Assembly: GCA_051294375.1 (NCBI GenBank) | Contig: CM119271.1 | Coordinates: forward strand, 14,390,770-14,454,769 | Source of the DNA: Paraspadella gotoi | Lineage: Eukaryota; Animalia; Chaetognatha | Direction: 5' to 3' | Length of the DNA stretch: 64,000 nucleotides | In this document: in pieces, positions 60,729 through 64,000 of the stretch | Layout of the letters: each line of letters opens with the position of its first letter | Position numbering within the stretch: position 1 is the first letter of the stretch | Position numbers and translations under genes: made by a program | Notes under the pieces: generated by a model | Databases searched by the model: none | What the model was told of the DNA's origin: nothing | Seen by the model: only the letters and a program-made list of their open reading frames with translations

Positions 60729-63700
60729 TCAACGCACGATGCTGTTGTCCATCTCTTCTTCCCTTGGTTCATTCTGATTGGCGACTTTGAGCAAAGACTT
60801 GAGGATATCCATCAAAGCGCCTTTCGGTCCAGGGTCGAGACATTCCATTATGGCATTAAAGTGATCCTACGCCAATCAATAATTTAAAACACATTAGCAA
60901 AAAACTTTTTTTAAAAAAAAAAATAACTAAAATAAGATCAATATAATTCGTAATAATAAACGGACCTGCCCCCTTCGCATCCTCAAAAGGGCGACCAGCG
61001 CCTGTTCCGACGAGGCCCTCACGGCGGAATTCTTCTCCTTGGTGCCGTTGATGAGATGCGCCAGGACCGGCTTGAGGAATCCCGGCCCCAGCGGCTCCTC
61101 CACGTTCTTGGCCAAGAAGATGAAAACGGAGGTGGTGAGGGTTTTGATTTCGTTCGAGGAGTGGTTCATCGATTTGGCCAGAGCTTGGAGAAGAGACGGA
61201 GGAACGGAAGAGGTCGAGGGTGTGCCGTTGGCGTCCTCGTCGCTCGAGGAATGGAGGAGAGCTGGAATAAAATAATATTGAATAATTATTAATCGGTAAG
61301 TTAAATAATTAAGAAAATTATGTGCGGGAAAACCTCCGTCGCTTTTTTTAACTTACCGGGCTTCAGCAGCGCCAAAAAGTAAAAGCAAACGGCCCTGAGT
61401 CCGGACTGACAGACTGGGACGCGGTCGTTGGTCACGTAACCGAGAACGACCTGAACGAGAAAACATTTAAAGCCAACTCTCTCATTCCATCGTCGTCAAA
61501 AAAAAATGGCTGACATAAAACAGAACTCACCTCTTGAAGTTTCGTCTCGTATTCTTGATTGACGAGTTCGGCCGGCGCCGCTTTGAGCGCCACAAAAAGC
61601 GCGACGCCGCGTCCGTGCGCCACCTCCCAGCCGAGGGAGGCGTCCACGTCGAGGAGGAGGCCGCGGATCAAGTTCTCTTTCTCGTGGGGCAAGAGGTGGG
61701 GAAGAAGATGACCGAGACAACCTGGAAGAGAGATGGTGTCAGTTGAGTCAAGAAATTACCAAAATATTCGTTGATCTGTTCGACTTACCCGCGGCCGCCA
61801 ATCTGGTTGAAGAGGAAGAAGCGTCGCTGCCGTCGTTGGAGGACGCGTTGACGATGTCGACGAGCATCTCGAGCGCGTTGCGTCGGATGTTCTCCGAGAC
61901 TTTAGCACCCGCGCCAGTGATGGCGTGGCGCAGAGCCTAAGAGGTTACAAGGCAAGCAAATTAAACAAATTAATTAGTTTGAAATTAGCTACTTTTAAAT
62001 CATTTTATCACTTTGGTTCTGTAAGAAAGACCTGCAGAGTTGTGTCTTTGACGCCAGAATCCTCGGCGTTTTTTACGTTGTTCATCAATTCGTTGAAAAG
62101 GGGATCAACTCGCTGGTGGATGACGACGAGTTGACCCAAAGCCGACGCCGCTTGGAGACGAACCGACCTAAAATTATCCAGACATTTTGGATGTTTTCTA
62201 TGATTTACGCTTTCAAATTTGATCGCCGCGATTATTTCTTCAATCCCTTACCGATGCGGATTAACGAGGTTCTTGAGAAAGGTGGTTTGAAGTTGCGGCA
62301 AGAAAGGTTTGAGAGCGACGCCGACTTTCGACAGAAGGTGGGCGAGCGTCTCCAGCAGAGCCACGTTAACGTTCCAGGCGAACCTGTTCGCAAAATTTAT
62401 AACCTTTTTTTCAACTCTTTTTTCATCGTTATTTTTATCCAAAATCTCACTCCTCTTCAATCTTCATTGTCCACGTTACCTATCGCCAAGAATACGGATC
62501 AGCGGACCCGTTATGTGCGTCAGTGAAGGACGCAGCGCTTCAACAGAAGTGAGCAGAATGACTTCGCCGAGACCCTTAGCCGACATCTCTTTGAGGTCGG
62601 GGGCGCCGTGAAAAATTCCTGAAGAAATAACATTTTGATTAAAGCAATTAAACAACAATCATAACAAAATATTTAAAGGAACTGCGAAGGCCGAACCGGC
62701 TCTGAAGACGGGAAGTATCGGAGAAATTCCCTTTCCCGCCAGGCAAAACCCTGGCATAAGAGCGTGGGCGACTTTGAGATCGGAGGCGGCGTAGGTGACT
62801 GCCTGACGGACGGTGGACACGTGACGCATCATCTCAGCATCGTCGAGATTCTTGGTAACGGCGTTGAGGGCGTCCCAGGAGGCGTTGAGGACTCTGCGGA
62901 TGGGAAAGGTCGGGGATGTTTCGATACTACTGCACGGAGCTGCGTGGCGTGGGTCTCTTTACCTTCGATCCTCATCCACGAACAGCTTGATGAGTCCCCG
63001 AATAAGGTTGGGCACGTAGGCGGTGTAGTCGAGCTTGGTCTTGGAGACGTAAGCATGAATGAGGGTTGCGGCGGCGGCTCTGATCGCCGACGTCGGGTTG
63101 GAGGTCGCCTCGAGAAGTTCCGACATTACAGTGTCGACCCCGTGATCGTCCGAAACGGAAAGAACGACCTGAGTCAATGAGGAAACGGAACATAAATACT
63201 ACATTTTTACACAATGTAAATAAGATACATAATTTTAATTAAGAAATATACTAATACAAGGATAATGCCCGATCCTCCTTTTTTAATGAAATCATTAATA
63301 AAATGTTATGAAACTATAAAATATAACGTTCAAGGATCAGATGTCAAAATCGTAAAAATCAGAAATGGTAAAAAATCTAAAAACGTCAAGTATAAAATGG
63401 ATAAGATAAGATAAAATAAGATCGACGGATTACAACGAGAGTTTACGTCCAACAGCAACGTTAATAAAAAATATATCTAAAAATTCCATTAGGATATTAA
63501 ACCCACCGTCTGACAGTGCTCTAAAACGACGTCCTCCTGCTTGGTCCCCTGTTGCTTGGTGAGAGCGGACATGAGTGCGGGTAGAATTCTGGCGAGGTGC
63601 TTGGTCAACGCTTCGCCGGCGACCGACGAGAGGATTGCCAACGCGTGGGTGTTTACCGGAGGTGACGTTAGTTGGGGGACCTGAAGTGAGAAAAAGGTCG

Positions 63701-64000
63701 AGAAGAAGCTAAATAACGGCAATATTTAAATGATAATACAGAACATAGTAAACTCATTTGAAAACCCACTGACCAAATAAGGAAGGACGACCCTCGACTT
63801 GACGGCCATGACTTGACGCAGTCCGTCAAGGGCGCGGCCGGCGGCGACTTCGTCGTCGTCGCCCAGCCGTTCCAACAGATCGGGAAGGATGTCGTCGAGG
63901 GCTCGCTGACCGATGGTGGCATGCAGCCTGTCAAAGGTCTGCGCCGCCGCGGAGCGTACTTCGGGCAGCGTGTCGCAAAGAGCGCGGCGGACGGTCGGGA
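60729..64000 (-). CDS. GCN1: GCN1 (eIF2-alpha kinase activator), 3' HEAT-repeat exons; the gene continues beyond the window
   Basis: VPQLTSPPVNTHALAILSSVAGEAL; ALRPSLTHITGPLIRILGDR; VGVALKPFLPQLQTTFLKNL; LINGTKEKNSAVRASSEQALVALLRMR. Confidence 0.95.

Overview
This is compact, intron-containing animal DNA, most likely an invertebrate (GC/CpG-rich exons, short AT-rich GT-AG introns, TTAGGG-type repeats). Thirteen host genes are recognisable and all lie on the minus strand. In window order they are: an MTUS1/2-CCDC69-like coiled-coil protein, a ~2,400-aa low-complexity protein with a catalytically dead WRN-type exonuclease domain, PDCD6, RPUSD1-like, PDK, DUF4246, Pygopus, a C2H2 zinc-finger gene, LDB/Chip, MIC26/27, TRAFD1-like, DHX35 and the 3' end of GCN1. 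The main accessory feature is a near-complete ~6.7 kb tyrosine-recombinase retrotransposon (DIRS order; split direct repeats; gag, RT-RNaseH-MT-like-SGNH, ALOG-YR). It is nested in a ~220-bp TGT...ACA element within intron 1 of the zinc-finger gene. Its repeat junction forms a perfect loxP-like 14-7-14 site that the empty target partly mimics, and its three ORFs look as if they are expressed by alternative splicing from one shared exon. Also present are an LTR-end/tRNA-Lys(CTT) read-through insertion, several MITE-like elements, minisatellites and a decayed transposase-like fragment. Exon boundaries were read by eye and gene names come from recalled motifs, not database searches.
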